Shown: positions 11,745 to 24,437 of the stretch, one piece after another
Position numbering within the stretch: the first letter of the stretch is position 1
Layout of the letters: each line of letters starts with the position of its first letter
Assembly: GCA_023388715.1 (NCBI GenBank)
Contig: JAEWFT010000021.1
Span: 62,328 to 126,327 of the forward strand
Direction of reading: 5' to 3'
From: Pseudomonadota bacterium
Lineage (GTDB): Bacteria; Pseudomonadota; Gammaproteobacteria; Xanthomonadales; Xanthomonadaceae
DNA: 64,000 nt
Made by a program: the position numbers and the translations under genes
The notes under the pieces: generated by a model
Told to the model about the DNA's origin: nothing
The model's input: only the letters and a program-made list of their open reading frames with translations
The model's database searches: none

Positions 11745-12176
11745 ATGCCGGTCATCCAGCGCAGTGCCCTGGTCGAACATGCCGCCGCAAGGATGTTCGC
11801 GCTGGTCGATGACGTCGAGGCCTACCCGCACCGCTTCGAGTGGTGCAGCGCCGCGCGGGTGATCGAACGCGGCGAAGACGTGGTGGTGGCGCGGCTGGAG
11901 CTGGGGATCGGCGGCTTCCGCACCTGGTTCACCACCCGCAACACGCTGGCGCCACCGCACCACATCGACATGGCGCTGCAGGAGGGGCCGTTCCGGCGGC
12001 TGGCCGGGCGCTGGCTGTTCCACGCGCTGGACGAGAGCGCGTGCAAGGTGTCGCTGACGCTGGATTTCGAGCCGCAGAACCGGCTGCTGGCGCCTGCGCT
12101 GTCGCTAGGGATGCAGGGCCTGGCGGATCGCATGGTCGACGACTTCGTGCGCGCCGCCGACGGCAGGCTGCGCTGA
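11745..12176 (+). CDS. ratA: RatA/PasT (Coq10-like START-domain) protein
   Basis: IQRSALV..MFALVDDVEAYP.F.WC..GPFRRLAGRWLF; conserved position divergent from smpB. Confidence 0.9.
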   Translation: MPVIQRSALVEHAAARMFALVDDVEAYPHRFEWCSAARVIERGEDVVVARLELGIGGFRTWFTTRNTLAPPHHIDMALQEGPFRRLAGRWLFHALDESACKVSLTLDFEPQNRLLAPALSLGMQGLADRMVDDFVRAADGRLR

Positions 12177-12451
12177 TGCGGGTCACGCTGGTGCGCGCCT
12201 GGCAGGATCGGCACGAGCTGGCGCTCATCGAGGTGCCGGCGGGGGCCAGCGTGGGCGACGCCCTGCGCGCGGCGGGCTGGGCGCTGGAGGATGCGTTCGC
12301 GGGCCTGGCGGTGTTTGGCGTTGCCGCGACGGAGGCCACCCAGTTGCACGACGGCGACCGCATCGAACTGCTGCGCCCGCTGCAGATGGATCCCAAGCAG
12401 GCGCGCCGGCTGCGCGCGCAGCGGGCGCGGGAACGCGAAGCAGGGACCTAG
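12176..12451 (+). CDS. ratB: RnfH/RatB ubiquitin-like protein
   Basis: LHDGDRIELLRPLQMDPKQARRLRA; TGATG overlap with ratA. Confidence 0.88.
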   Translation: MRVTLVRAWQDRHELALIEVPAGASVGDALRAAGWALEDAFAGLAVFGVAATEATQLHDGDRIELLRPLQMDPKQARRLRAQRAREREAGT

Positions 12452-12478
12452 CGACGCCGCGCGGCCATCGCGCCGGGA

Positions 12479-12868
12479 TCAGCGGCGGCGCTTCTTCTTG
12501 TCGTCCTTCGGCAGGTTGCCGAAACGCGACATGGTCTTGGCCAGTTCCGAGTCTTCCTCGGGGAAGTACTCGCCTTCCCAACGGGCCAGGTTGCCGTTCT
12601 CGAACCAGACCGTCATGTTCTTGACCACGGTGTCGCCACCGCGGCCGATGCGGCGGCTGGCGACGTAGTCCCAGCGGTCCTGGTGGAACGGGTCGCGGAT
12701 CGCCGGGGTGCCGAGCAGGCCCATCACCTGGCGCTGGTCCATCCCGACCTGCAACTGGTCGACCGCAGCCTTGTCCAGCAGGTTGCCCTGGTAGATCGGC
12801 TGCCGGTAGACCACGCCGCAACCGGTGGTGATGAGGGCGGCGAGGACGAGGGGAAGCAGCTTGCGCAT
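12479..12868 (-). CDS. bamE: Outer membrane assembly lipoprotein BamE (OmlA)
   Basis: Lipobox TTGC, YRQPIYQGN, GMDQRQV..LLGTP..DPFHQDRWDY; divergent from fur. Confidence 0.93.
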   Translation of the reverse strand: MRKLLPLVLAALITTGCGVVYRQPIYQGNLLDKAAVDQLQVGMDQRQVMGLLGTPAIRDPFHQDRWDYVASRRIGRGGDTVVKNMTVWFENGNLARWEGEYFPEEDSELAKTMSRFGNLPKDDKKKRRR

Positions 12869-12999
12869 CGACGGGCCGGTCAAAGTCATTGGAACGCCGA
12901 TGATACACTCGAACACCCGCGCATCCGCCGCCTGGCGGCGCGCTTGCCGCCGCGCCGGGCCGGTGTTCATGCGCCGTTGAACCCACGGATGGAGGTGTG

Positions 13000-13401
13000 A
13001 TGGACTCGCAAGAGCTACGCAACGTCGGACTCAAGGTCACCCATCCGCGCCTGCGCATCCTCGAGCTGCTTGGGCAGCCTTCCTCGCAGCACCTGACCGC
13101 CGAGGACATCTACCGCCAGCTGCTGGCGGATGGCGAGGAAATCGGGCTGGCGACGATCTACCGCGTACTCACCCAGTTCGAAGCCGCGGGGCTGGTGCTC
13201 AAGCACAATTTCGAGGGCGGGCACGCCATCTACGAGCTGGACCGCGGCGAGCACCACGACCACATGGTCGACATCGAGACCGGCAAGGTGATCGAGTTCC
13301 ACAACGAGGAAATCGAGGTCCTGCAGCACAAGATCGCCGCCGAGTACGGCTACCAGATCGAGGACCATGCGCTGGTCCTGTACGTGCGCAAGAAGCGCTG
13401 A
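13000..13401 (+). CDS. fur: Ferric uptake regulator
   Basis: GLKVTHPRLRIL, GLATIYRVLTQF, HHDHM. Confidence 0.97.
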   Translation: MDSQELRNVGLKVTHPRLRILELLGQPSSQHLTAEDIYRQLLADGEEIGLATIYRVLTQFEAAGLVLKHNFEGGHAIYELDRGEHHDHMVDIETGKVIEFHNEEIEVLQHKIAAEYGYQIEDHALVLYVRKKR

Positions 13402-13422
13402 CGGCGTGCGGCCCCGCGGGGG

Positions 13423-15081
13423 CTAGTGTTCCAGCAGGCGGGCCGCGGCGGCGCGCGCCTCGTCGGTGACCCGGGCACCGCCCAGCATGCGGGCAATCTC
13501 GTCGATGCGGCCCGCCGCATCCAGCAACTGGACCGCGGACTGCGTCATTCCGTCGGCTGCGGCTTTGCTCACCCGGTACTGGGCGTGGCCCGCCGCCGCC
13601 ACCTGCGGCTGGTGGGTGACGCACAGCACCTGGCGCGGCGCGCCCAGCGCGCGCAATTTCGCGCCCACCGCGGCCGCCACCGCGCCCCCGATGCCGGCAT
13701 CGACCTCGTCGAACACCATCGTCGGGATCGCATCGAGGCCAAGGGTGGCCACCTCGATCGCCAGCGAGATGCGGGACAGCTCGCCGCCCGAGGCCACCTT
13801 GCGCAGCGGGCGCGGCGGCTGCCCCGCATTGGCGGAGACCAGCAACTCGACGCGTTCGGCGCCGTTGGGATCCGGCGCCGTTGCCTCCGCCAAGGGCTCG
13901 AGCGCGACCTCGAAGCGGCCACCCTCCATCCCCAGTTCGGCGATCAGCGCCGCCACCATGGTCCCCAGGGTGTCGGCGGCCTTGCGCCGCGATGCGCCCA
14001 GCGTCTCCGCAGCCGAGCGCCAGTCGGCAAGGTGGCGGGCGATCTCGCGGTCCAGCGCGGCAAGACGCGCGTCCGCGTCGGCCAGCGAGTCCAGCTCCCC
14101 CTGCAGCGCCTCGCGATGCGCATGCAGTTGCGCGACCGGCACCCGGTGCTTGCGCGCCAGGTCCTGGATGCGCACCAGCTGCTGCTCCATGCCCGCAAGG
14201 GCGGCGGGATCCAGGTCGAGCGCGTCGCGGATGCGGGCGAGCAGGGCGGTGGCTTCCTCCAGCTGGATCCCGGCCGACTCCAGCATCACGTCGACCTCGG
14301 CAAGGCCGGGCTCGTTGCCCGCCTGCCGCTGCAGTTCGGCGCGGATGCGGCCGAGCCGGCTGGCGAGCGCATCGTCGCCGGCCATGGCCTCCAGCGCGGT
14401 CTCGCACACCCCGATGAGGGTGGCGGCATTGGCATGGCGGCGGTGGCTGGCGTCGAGCTCGGCCAGCGCCGCCGCGTCCAGCGATTCGCCCTCGAGTTCC
14501 TCCAGCTGGTGGCGCAGCCACGCCTGGCGCTCGGCCACGTCGCCGCGTGCCAGCAGCGCCTCGCGCTCGCCGTGCAGGCGCTTCCACGCCGCAGCGGCCT
14601 CGCGTACCGCTGCCAGCAGCTGCGGGTGGCGGGCGTAGGCATCGAGCAGCTGCAGCTGGCGCGGACGTGCCAAGAGCGCCTGCTGCTCGTGCTGGCCGTG
14701 GATCTCGACCAGCAGCGCCGCCAGGTCCGCCAGCTGCGACACCGGGACCGGGCGGCCATTGATCCAGGCCCGCGATCCACCGTCCGCGCGCAGCGTCCGC
14801 CGCAACTGGCATGCATCGCCATCGTCCAGTTCGGCCTCGCGCAGCCAGTCGCGGGCGGCCGGGCAATCCTGCAGCGCGAATTCGGCCTGCAGTTCCGCGC
14901 GCTGCGCGCCGTGGCGCACGGCGCCGGCGTCGGCGCGCGCCCCGCCGAGGAAGCCCAGCGCATCGACCAGCAGCGACTTGCCGGCGCCGGTCTCGCCCGA
15001 GATCACGGTCAGGCCCGGGCCGAACTCGAGTTCGGCTCCGGCAACCACGGCGAAATCACGGATGGACAGGCGGCGCAGCAT
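13423..15081 (-). CDS. recN: DNA repair protein RecN
   Basis: MLRRLSIRDFAVV..GETGAGKS..HGQHEQ..ASGGELSR..FDEVDAGIGG..VTHQPQVAA. Confidence 0.97.
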   Translation of the reverse strand: MLRRLSIRDFAVVAGAELEFGPGLTVISGETGAGKSLLVDALGFLGGARADAGAVRHGAQRAELQAEFALQDCPAARDWLREAELDDGDACQLRRTLRADGGSRAWINGRPVPVSQLADLAALLVEIHGQHEQQALLARPRQLQLLDAYARHPQLLAAVREAAAAWKRLHGEREALLARGDVAERQAWLRHQLEELEGESLDAAALAELDASHRRHANAATLIGVCETALEAMAGDDALASRLGRIRAELQRQAGNEPGLAEVDVMLESAGIQLEEATALLARIRDALDLDPAALAGMEQQLVRIQDLARKHRVPVAQLHAHREALQGELDSLADADARLAALDREIARHLADWRSAAETLGASRRKAADTLGTMVAALIAELGMEGGRFEVALEPLAEATAPDPNGAERVELLVSANAGQPPRPLRKVASGGELSRISLAIEVATLGLDAIPTMVFDEVDAGIGGAVAAAVGAKLRALGAPRQVLCVTHQPQVAAAGHAQYRVSKAAADGMTQSAVQLLDAAGRIDEIARMLGGARVTDEARAAAARLLEH

Positions 15082-15158
15082 GGTGGCGCATTGTGCCTGC
15101 AGCAGGCGCGCGGCCGGAAGCGCTTGCGCGCGGGCGGGGCCGGCCTTACAAGGGAACG

Positions 15159-16220
15159 ATGAGCCGCCGTCCCGCCGACATCGCCAGCGATCCGCGCGCC
15201 CGCGCGCTGCTGCGCACGCTGGTGGCGCGGCACGTGCGCGACGGCGGCCCGGTCGGGTCGCAGACGCTGGCCCGCCACGCCGGGCTGGATGTAAGCCCCG
15301 CGACCATCCGCAACATCCTCGCGTCGATGGAGGAGGCCGGGCTGCTGACCGCGCCCCACACATCGGCCGGCCGCGTGCCGACGGCGCAGGGTTACCGCCT
15401 CTTCGTGGATTCGCTGCTGCAGCTCAGGCCGCTTCCGGAAGGCGACCTCAACCGGTTGCGCAACGAGCTTCCCAGCGGCGCCGGCACGCAGGCCCTGCTG
15501 GGCCACACGTCCGAGCTGCTGTCGGCGATGACCCGTTTTGCCGGCATGGTCAGCGTGCCACGGCGCGAGAGCTTCGCCTTCCGCCAGATCGAATTCGTCG
15601 CGCTGGACCCGCAGCGGGTGCTGGCGATCCTGGTGTTCGCCGATGGCGAGGTGCAGAACCGCGTGGTGCAGGTGCGGCGCGCATTCGATCCGGCCGAGCT
15701 GGAGCAGGCCGCCCACTACCTCAACCAGCAGTTCGCCGGCCAACCGCTTTCGCGCATCCGCGAGGCATTGCTGCGCGAGTTGCGCAACGCCCGCAGCGAG
15801 ATGGAACGGTTGCTGGCAAGCTCGGTGGAGCTCGCCGAGCAGGCGCTGGCGCCGGCACCGGAGGACATGCTGGTGTCCGGCCAGACCCGGCTGATGGGGC
15901 TGCAGGACCTGCACGACCTCGACCGCCTGCGCGCCCTGTTCGAGGCGTTCGCGGAGAAGCGCGAACTGCTGCAGTTGCTGGAGCGCACGGCCAAGGCGCC
16001 CGGCCTGCGGGTGTTCATTGGCGAGGAAACCGGCCTGGCGCCACTGGAAGGCATGTCGCTGGTCAGCGCGCCCTACGGCAGCGAGGGGCGGGTGCTGGGC
16101 GTGCTGGGGGTGATCGGCCCCAGCCGGATGGCGTACGAGCGCGTGATCCCGGTGGTGGAGGCCACCGCTGCCGCGCTGGGCGAGGCGCTCGACCCGGCGC
16201 AGGGCGGCTCCACCGGTTGA
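15159..16220 (+). CDS. hrcA: Heat-inducible transcription repressor HrcA
   Basis: PVGSQTL..SPATIRN..PHTSAGRVPT.QGYRLFVD..GVIGP.RM.Y. Confidence 0.96.
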   Translation: MSRRPADIASDPRARALLRTLVARHVRDGGPVGSQTLARHAGLDVSPATIRNILASMEEAGLLTAPHTSAGRVPTAQGYRLFVDSLLQLRPLPEGDLNRLRNELPSGAGTQALLGHTSELLSAMTRFAGMVSVPRRESFAFRQIEFVALDPQRVLAILVFADGEVQNRVVQVRRAFDPAELEQAAHYLNQQFAGQPLSRIREALLRELRNARSEMERLLASSVELAEQALAPAPEDMLVSGQTRLMGLQDLHDLDRLRALFEAFAEKRELLQLLERTAKAPGLRVFIGEETGLAPLEGMSLVSAPYGSEGRVLGVLGVIGPSRMAYERVIPVVEATAAALGEALDPAQGGSTG

Positions 16221-16242
16221 ATCGGGCCGCGGTCGACCCCAT
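16216..16242 (+). promoter_or_regulatory. Putative sigma32 promoter for grpE
   Basis: GTTGAA-N15-CCCCAT, close to the RpoH consensus CTTGAA..CCCCAT. Confidence 0.65.
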
Positions 16243-16286
16243 TGCGGAGGCGGACGCGGCAACCGGCCGCAACACAAGCCCCGGAC

Positions 16287-16790
16287 ATGACCCAGGAAAT
16301 CAACGAGCAGGACTTGCAGGATGCCCGCGACGCGGGTGACACGGACGAGCTGGAGGCGCTGCGCGCCGAGGTCGAACAGCTCAAGGCGCAATCGCTGCTG
16401 GAGCGCGCCGACCTCGACAACCAGCGCAAGCGCTTGGCGCGTGAACTGGAGATGGCGCGCAAGTTCGCCAACGAGCGCCTGCTGGGCGACCTGCTGCCAG
16501 TGCTCGACAGCCTGGAGGCCGGCCTTGCCAACGCGCCGGCAGAGGATCCGCTGCGCGCTGGGCTGGAGCTGACCCAGCGGCAGTTGCTGCGGGTGGCTGA
16601 ATCCAACGGCCTGCAGGAAGTAGCGCCTGCGGCGGGCGACGCCTTCGATCCGGAGCGCCACCAGGCGATGAGCGTGAGCGAGGCCGAAGGCGTGGCGCCG
16701 GGCGCGGTCGCGCAGCTGTTCCAGCGCGGCTACGTGCTGAACGACCGGCTGCTGCGACCGGCGCTGGTGGTGGTCGCCGCCTCCGACTGA
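16287..16790 (+). CDS. grpE: Nucleotide exchange factor GrpE
   Basis: [45 protein letters not shown]. Confidence 0.96.
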   Translation: MTQEINEQDLQDARDAGDTDELEALRAEVEQLKAQSLLERADLDNQRKRLARELEMARKFANERLLGDLLPVLDSLEAGLANAPAEDPLRAGLELTQRQLLRVAESNGLQEVAPAAGDAFDPERHQAMSVSEAEGVAPGAVAQLFQRGYVLNDRLLRPALVVVAASD

Positions 16791-16816
16791 CCCGGATTTT
16801 CGCGGCGCGGCGCGCC

Positions 16817-18840
<2,024 letters not shown>

Positions 18841-18926
18841 CCGGCCAGCAGGGCAACGGGGCGGGCAGGCCGGTGGTCTGCCCGTCGCCGTGACAGGAGC
18901 CGCGATCCCACGATGAAGCCGTCCCG

Positions 18927-20054
18927 ATGAGCAAGCGCGATTACTACGAAGTGCTGGGCGTTGCCCGCAACGCCAGCGACGAAGAGCTGAAAAAGGCCTA
19001 TCGCCGCTCCGCGATGAAGTACCACCCGGACCGCAATCCCGGTGACGACGAGGCGCTGGCGAAGTTCAAGGAGTGCAAGGAGGCCTACGACGTGCTGTCT
19101 GACGGCGGCAAGCGCCGCCTCTACGACACCCACGGGCACGCGGCGTTCGAGCACGGGATGGGCGGCGGCAATGCCGGGCCCGGCTTCCACGGCGATGTCG
19201 GCGACATCTTCGGCGACATTTTCGGCAACATTTTCGGCGGCGGCGCCCGCCAGGGTCCGCGCCGCGGCGCGGACATCGGCTACGTCATCGAGCTCGACCT
19301 CGAGGAAGCGGTCGCCGGCATCGAGAAGCGCATCGAGATACCGGCCATGGCCAGCTGCGAGCCGTGCAAGGGCAGCGGCTCCGAGGACGGCAGGATCGAC
19401 ACCTGCGGGACCTGCCACGGACGCGGCCAGGTGCGGATGCAGCGCGGCCCGTTCGCCATGCAGGCCCCGTGCCCCCACTGCGGCGGGGTCGGCAAGACGA
19501 TCGTCAATCCGTGCCGTCATTGCGACGGCGCCGGTCGGGTGGAGGAAGAGAAGGCCCTGCAGGTGAAGATCCCGGCGGGCGTGGACAATGGTGATCGCAT
19601 CCGCCTGGCCGGCGAGGGCGAGGCCGGGGCGCCGGGCATGCCGCCGGGCGACCTTTACGTCGAGGTGCGGGTGCGCCCGCACGAGTTCTTCCAGCGCGAT
19701 GGCGACGACCTGCAGTGCGAGGTGCCCATCCGCATCTCGCAGGCCGCGCTCGGCGACACCGTGCGCGTGCCCACGCTGGGAGGCGACGTCGAACTGCGGA
19801 TCCCGGCGGAAACCCAGACCGGGAAGGTGTTCCGGTTGCGCGACAAGGGCGTCAAGTCCGTCCGCAGCCGCCAGCCCGGCGACCTCTACTGCAAGGTGGT
19901 AGTGGAGACACCGGTCAACCTGACCCCCGAACAGCGCGAATTGCTGGAGCAGTTCGAGGCCAGTTTCAGCGGCGAGGACGCCCGGCGGCATTCGCCGCGT
20001 TCGGCCACCTTCCTGGATGGTGTCCGCGGGTTCTGGGACCGGATGGTGTCCTGA
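18927..20054 (+). CDS. dnaJ: Chaperone DnaJ
   Basis: J domain with HPD, G/F region, four CxxCxGxG repeats. Confidence 0.97.
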   Translation: MSKRDYYEVLGVARNASDEELKKAYRRSAMKYHPDRNPGDDEALAKFKECKEAYDVLSDGGKRRLYDTHGHAAFEHGMGGGNAGPGFHGDVGDIFGDIFGNIFGGGARQGPRRGADIGYVIELDLEEAVAGIEKRIEIPAMASCEPCKGSGSEDGRIDTCGTCHGRGQVRMQRGPFAMQAPCPHCGGVGKTIVNPCRHCDGAGRVEEEKALQVKIPAGVDNGDRIRLAGEGEAGAPGMPPGDLYVEVRVRPHEFFQRDGDDLQCEVPIRISQAALGDTVRVPTLGGDVELRIPAETQTGKVFRLRDKGVKSVRSRQPGDLYCKVVVETPVNLTPEQRELLEQFEASFSGEDARRHSPRSATFLDGVRGFWDRMVS

Positions 20055-20147
20055 CCGGGGATCCCGCGCATTTCCTGACCTGAATCACCACACCGTGCCG
20101 CACGGAAGCTGTATGGTTTGGGGCGTCGCACCTCCCCCGAGCTTCCC

Positions 20148-22352
20148 GTGACACACAACCCCCACGCGCCCGATCCGGTTGCCCATCCGCCAACCTCCGG
20201 CCCGCGGCTGCTGGATGCGCTACAGGCCCAACTGGTTCCAGCCGTCGTCCCCGCGCTGGATCGCGCTTTGGGGCGCGTCGACGACTACCTGTTCGATCGC
20301 AGTCAGACCGGCGACGAGTCCCTGGGGCTTACCGCGCTGCGCGACCTGCGGCAGGTCCGTGCGCAGCTCCTGAAGCGCTTCGAGCAGACCCTCCTGGTCG
20401 GTTTCCGCGGGCTGCGCCAAGGCCAGCCCGAAGCCAAGCAGGTGGGCGCACGGGCCCTGAGCCTGCTGTCGGAGGAAGGGTTGGAGGAGCAACTGGCCAC
20501 CGAACAGCTGGCCGAGAGCCTCACCCGCCAGCACGCACCGGCGCTGGAACTGCTCGCGCACCGGATACCGAGGCTGTACGGGCAGCAGGGCGAGCTTGCG
20601 CCTGCCGCCAACCCGATGTCGCCGCGCTTCGTCGCCACCGCGCTGGCGAATGCAATGGACGGGATGCCGCTGGACACCGCGATCAGGATCGTGGTGTTCA
20701 AGTTCCTCGAGCGCGAGCTGCAGGCAGTGCTTCCCGCCGTCTACGACAGTAGCAATGCGACGCTGGTGAGGGCAGGGATCCTTCCGACCCTGCGCCCGGT
20801 CGCCCAGGCCGAACCCGCGCCTGCCCCCGCGCCACGTGGAGAGCCTGCCCCGGGAGCTGCGGATCCGCGTCAACCGGCAGCGTCCTATCCGGTCGGCGAG
20901 GACATCAGCCCGGCGGACCAGGCGTTGTTCACCGGGCTGCTGGGCCTGCTGCGGGGCTGGCGCGCAGTCGCGGCCCCCGCCGGCGCGGTACCAGAACCCG
21001 ATGCTGGGCCTGCCCGGGTACTGACATCGCGCGACCTCCTGTCGGTGCTGAACCTGCTGCAGCGCGAACCCGGCGGCATGCGCATGGATCCGGTGAGCGG
21101 CGGCGAGCTCCCGCTGGGGCAGCAGCTGCGCCAGCAGGTGGTGCGCGGCGCACGCAAGATCGGCGTCCCCGGCGACAACCTCCAGTTGGATGGCCTGGAC
21201 GAGGACGCCGTCGACCTGGTCGCACTGCTGTTCGACGTCCTCCTGGATGGGCCGCAGTACGACAGCCAGGTACGGCACAAGATCGGGCGGATGCTGGTGC
21301 CCTACGTCAAGGTCGCGGTGGCCGACCGCCGCATGTTCCTCTCGCGCCAGCATCCGGCGCGGCGGCTGCTCAACACCGTGGCCGAGGCCTGCGAGGGCAA
21401 CCATGGCGAAGCCCCGCAGGAGCGCCAGCTGCTCGAGCGCGTCGATGATGTGATCGAACGCCTGGTCGCCGAGTTCAACGAGGACGTGGCGATCTTCGAG
21501 ATGCTGGAGCAGGAGCTGCGCGGCTACATGGCGCAGCACCGCAAGCGTGCCGAGCTGGCGGAGAAGCGTGCCGCCGAGACCCAGCACGGGCGGGAAAAGC
21601 TCGAGCAGGCGCGGCTGCAGGTGCGCAGCGACATGGAGCCCCGCCGCGGCGCGCGCCAGCTGCCGCGCGTGATCGACGAGTTCCTCACCCGCTACGCCGC
21701 CCACCACCTCACCCAGGTGGTGCTGCGCGAAGGCCGGTCTGCGCTTGCGTATGACGAGGCGCTCACTGCGATCGACGCGATCCTGCTGGCCTTCGACTAT
21801 GCGGAGCTGGGCGCCAATCCGGCCGACCTGCCGGCGCTCCCGCGGGCACAGCTGGAGACGATCCTCGCCAGTTCCGGCTGCGTGGGCGTCGCGGCGCAGG
21901 GCGCGCTGGACCTGGTGGAGGATGCGATCGCGCGCCTGTCCAAGGGCGAGCGCGCCACCGAGAACACCAGCCGGATGCCGGAGCAGGTCTTGGCGCCCGA
22001 GCCGATCCGGCCGGAGGCCCATGCATCCGAGCTCGCACTGGTCGGCGGGACCGACCGGCTGGACTACGATGCGTCGGCGCTGGAGCAGATGCGCACGCTC
22101 AAGGTGGGCAGCTGGCTGAACTTGGCCACCGCCACCGGCCGCATGGAGCCCGCCAAGGTCTCCTGGGTCAGCCCGATCTCCGGGCGCCTGCTGCTGGTCA
22201 ATCGCCGGGGCATCCGCGTGCTGGTGGCCTCGGTGGAGGAGCTGGCGGCGATGGAGAAGCTGGGCAAGGCCCAGCTGCGCGAAGGCGACACCCCGTTCGA
22301 AGGCGCGATGCATGAAGTAGCCGAACGCCTGCGCAGCGCCGTGGGGACCTGA
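20148..22352 (+). CDS. DUF1631-family protein
   Basis: LSLLSEEGLEEQLA, VDLVALLFDVLL, HPARRLLN, C-terminal KVSWVSPISGRLLLVNRRG pattern; start uncertain. Confidence 0.75.
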   Translation: MTHNPHAPDPVAHPPTSGPRLLDALQAQLVPAVVPALDRALGRVDDYLFDRSQTGDESLGLTALRDLRQVRAQLLKRFEQTLLVGFRGLRQGQPEAKQVGARALSLLSEEGLEEQLATEQLAESLTRQHAPALELLAHRIPRLYGQQGELAPAANPMSPRFVATALANAMDGMPLDTAIRIVVFKFLERELQAVLPAVYDSSNATLVRAGILPTLRPVAQAEPAPAPAPRGEPAPGAADPRQPAASYPVGEDISPADQALFTGLLGLLRGWRAVAAPAGAVPEPDAGPARVLTSRDLLSVLNLLQREPGGMRMDPVSGGELPLGQQLRQQVVRGARKIGVPGDNLQLDGLDEDAVDLVALLFDVLLDGPQYDSQVRHKIGRMLVPYVKVAVADRRMFLSRQHPARRLLNTVAEACEGNHGEAPQERQLLERVDDVIERLVAEFNEDVAIFEMLEQELRGYMAQHRKRAELAEKRAAETQHGREKLEQARLQVRSDMEPRRGARQLPRVIDEFLTRYAAHHLTQVVLREGRSALAYDEALTAIDAILLAFDYAELGANPADLPALPRAQLETILASSGCVGVAAQGALDLVEDAIARLSKGERATENTSRMPEQVLAPEPIRPEAHASELALVGGTDRLDYDASALEQMRTLKVGSWLNLATATGRMEPAKVSWVSPISGRLLLVNRRGIRVLVASVEELAAMEKLGKAQLREGDTPFEGAMHEVAERLRSAVGT

Positions 22353-22399
22353 CCGTCCGACAGTTGTAGCAGCGCGCCGCGCTGGTTAGCCTGCCGGGC

Positions 22400-23113
22400 A
22401 TGGACACGCGCGTGCGACTCCTCCTGCATGGTGCCAACGGGCGCATGGGCCAGGCCCTGCAGCGCCTGTGTGGCGATCCGGATTCCGGCTGCAGCATCGT
22501 CGCGGCGGTTGCGCGCCGGGTTCGGGCGCGGGTGGTCGATGGAGTGCCGCAGTTCGCCGCCAGCGAACTTGCCGGCGTGCCGGATTTCGACGTCGCGGTC
22601 GACTTCAGCCTGCCGGAAGGCTTCGATGCGGTGCTTGCCGTCTGCAGCAAGCGTGGCAAGCCGCTGGTATCCGGCACCACCGGGCTGTCGCCGGCGCAGC
22701 TGGATGCGCTGGAGCAGGCATCCGGCCGGATCCCGGTGGTGTGGGCCAGCAATTTCAGCCTCGGGGTGGCGCTCCTGCATGACCTGGTCGAGCGCGCGGC
22801 CCGCGCGCTGCCGGGCTGGGACTGCGACATCGTCGAGGCGCACCACGCGCGCAAGCTGGACGCCCCGTCAGGCACCGCGCTGACGCTGGGCGCCGCGGCG
22901 GAGGAGGGCGGCGCGCAGCCGCGTTATGCCTCGCTGCGCGCCGGCGACATCGTCGGCGAACACATCGTGCAGTTCGCCGGGATGGGCGAGCGCATCGAGC
23001 TTGTGCACCGCGCCGGCAACCGCGACATCTTCGCGCGTGGCGCGCTGCACGTGGCGCGCCGGTTGCACGGTCGCGGACCCGGCCGCTACCAGCTGCGCGA
23101 CCTGCTCGACTGA
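22400..23113 (+). CDS. dapB: 4-hydroxy-tetrahydrodipicolinate reductase
   Basis: [43 protein letters not shown]. Confidence 0.96.
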   Translation: MDTRVRLLLHGANGRMGQALQRLCGDPDSGCSIVAAVARRVRARVVDGVPQFAASELAGVPDFDVAVDFSLPEGFDAVLAVCSKRGKPLVSGTTGLSPAQLDALEQASGRIPVVWASNFSLGVALLHDLVERAARALPGWDCDIVEAHHARKLDAPSGTALTLGAAAEEGGAQPRYASLRAGDIVGEHIVQFAGMGERIELVHRAGNRDIFARGALHVARRLHGRGPGRYQLRDLLD

Positions 23114-23232
23114 ACGCCTCGGGCTGGCACCCAGGGTGCCTTGCCGGTACAATTCCCGCTCGCCTGACACCCCGCTCCGAACGGCCTCGCCCGTATCGGC
23201 GCTTTCTTGCAACCCCACGCAGGGCGACGCCT

Positions 23233-24396
23233 TTGAACCTACCCGCAATCCTCGTGCTTGAAGACGGCACGGTCTTCGAGGGCCAGTCCGTGGGCGCAAG
23301 CGGCCTCTCGGTTGGCGAAGTGGTGTTCAACACCGCGATGACCGGCTACCAGGAAGTGCTGACCGATCCGTCCTACGCACGCCAGCTGGTGACCCTGACC
23401 TACCCGCACATCGGCAACACCGGCTGCACCCCGCAGGACGACGAATCCGACCGCGCATGGGCTGCCGGCCTGATCGTGCGCGACGTCCCGCGCCGGCCCA
23501 GCAGCTGGCGCAGCGAGGTGCCGCTGCCGCAGTGGCTGCAGGCGCAGGGCGTGGTTGCGATTGCCGGAATCGACACCCGCAAGCTGACCCGCCTGCTGCG
23601 CGAGCGCGGCAGCATGTCGGGGGCGCTGTTGGCGGCCTCCGCGCCCGGCGAGACGCTGGATGTCGACAAGGCGCTGGAAGCCGCGCGCAAGTTCCCCGGC
23701 CTGAAGGGGATGGACCTGGCCAAGGTCGTCTCGACCACGACGCCGTATCGCTGGAACGAGGGCCCGCTGGACCTGGACCGCGATGTCTTCATCGCGCCGG
23801 AGCCGCGCTACAAGGTAGTGGCCTATGATTTCGGCGCCAAGCGCAACATCCTGCGCATGCTGGCCGAGCGCGGCTGCGACGTCCATGTGGTGCCGGCGCA
23901 GACGCCCGCCAACGAGGTGCTGGCGATGGCGCCCGACGGGGTGTTCCTGTCCAACGGCCCTGGCGATCCTGAGCCCTGCGATTACGCGATCGCCGCCATC
24001 CGCGAATTCACCGCGCGCAAGCTGCCGCTGTTCGGCATCTGCCTCGGGCACCAGCTGCTAGGCCTTGCTGCCGGCGCGCGCAGCATGAAGATGACCCATG
24101 GCCACCATGGCGCCAACCACCCGGTGCAGGCGCTGGCCGGTCCGGACGGCCCCGCGCAGGTGCTGATCACCTCGCAGAACCACGGCTTCTGCATCGACGA
24201 AGCCACCTTGCCGGCCAACGTGCGGGTCACCCACCGCTCGCTGTTCGACGGCACCAACCAGGGCATCGAACTGACCGATGCCCCGGCCTTCAGTTTCCAG
24301 GGGCATCCGGAGGCGGCGCCAGGCCCGCACGACGTTGCCCCGTTGTTCGACCGCTTCATCCGCGCGATGGAACGCACCCGCCGGACCGGCGCGTGA
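23233..24396 (+). CDS. carA: Carbamoyl-phosphate synthase small subunit
   Basis: [45 protein letters not shown] start. Confidence 0.97.
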   Translation: MNLPAILVLEDGTVFEGQSVGASGLSVGEVVFNTAMTGYQEVLTDPSYARQLVTLTYPHIGNTGCTPQDDESDRAWAAGLIVRDVPRRPSSWRSEVPLPQWLQAQGVVAIAGIDTRKLTRLLRERGSMSGALLAASAPGETLDVDKALEAARKFPGLKGMDLAKVVSTTTPYRWNEGPLDLDRDVFIAPEPRYKVVAYDFGAKRNILRMLAERGCDVHVVPAQTPANEVLAMAPDGVFLSNGPGDPEPCDYAIAAIREFTARKLPLFGICLGHQLLGLAAGARSMKMTHGHHGANHPVQALAGPDGPAQVLITSQNHGFCIDEATLPANVRVTHRSLFDGTNQGIELTDAPAFSFQGHPEAAPGPHDVAPLFDRFIRAMERTRRTGA

Positions 24397-24437
24397 TCCG
24401 GGCCTTGCGGAACACACACGACCCGGGAGGGGGTTCA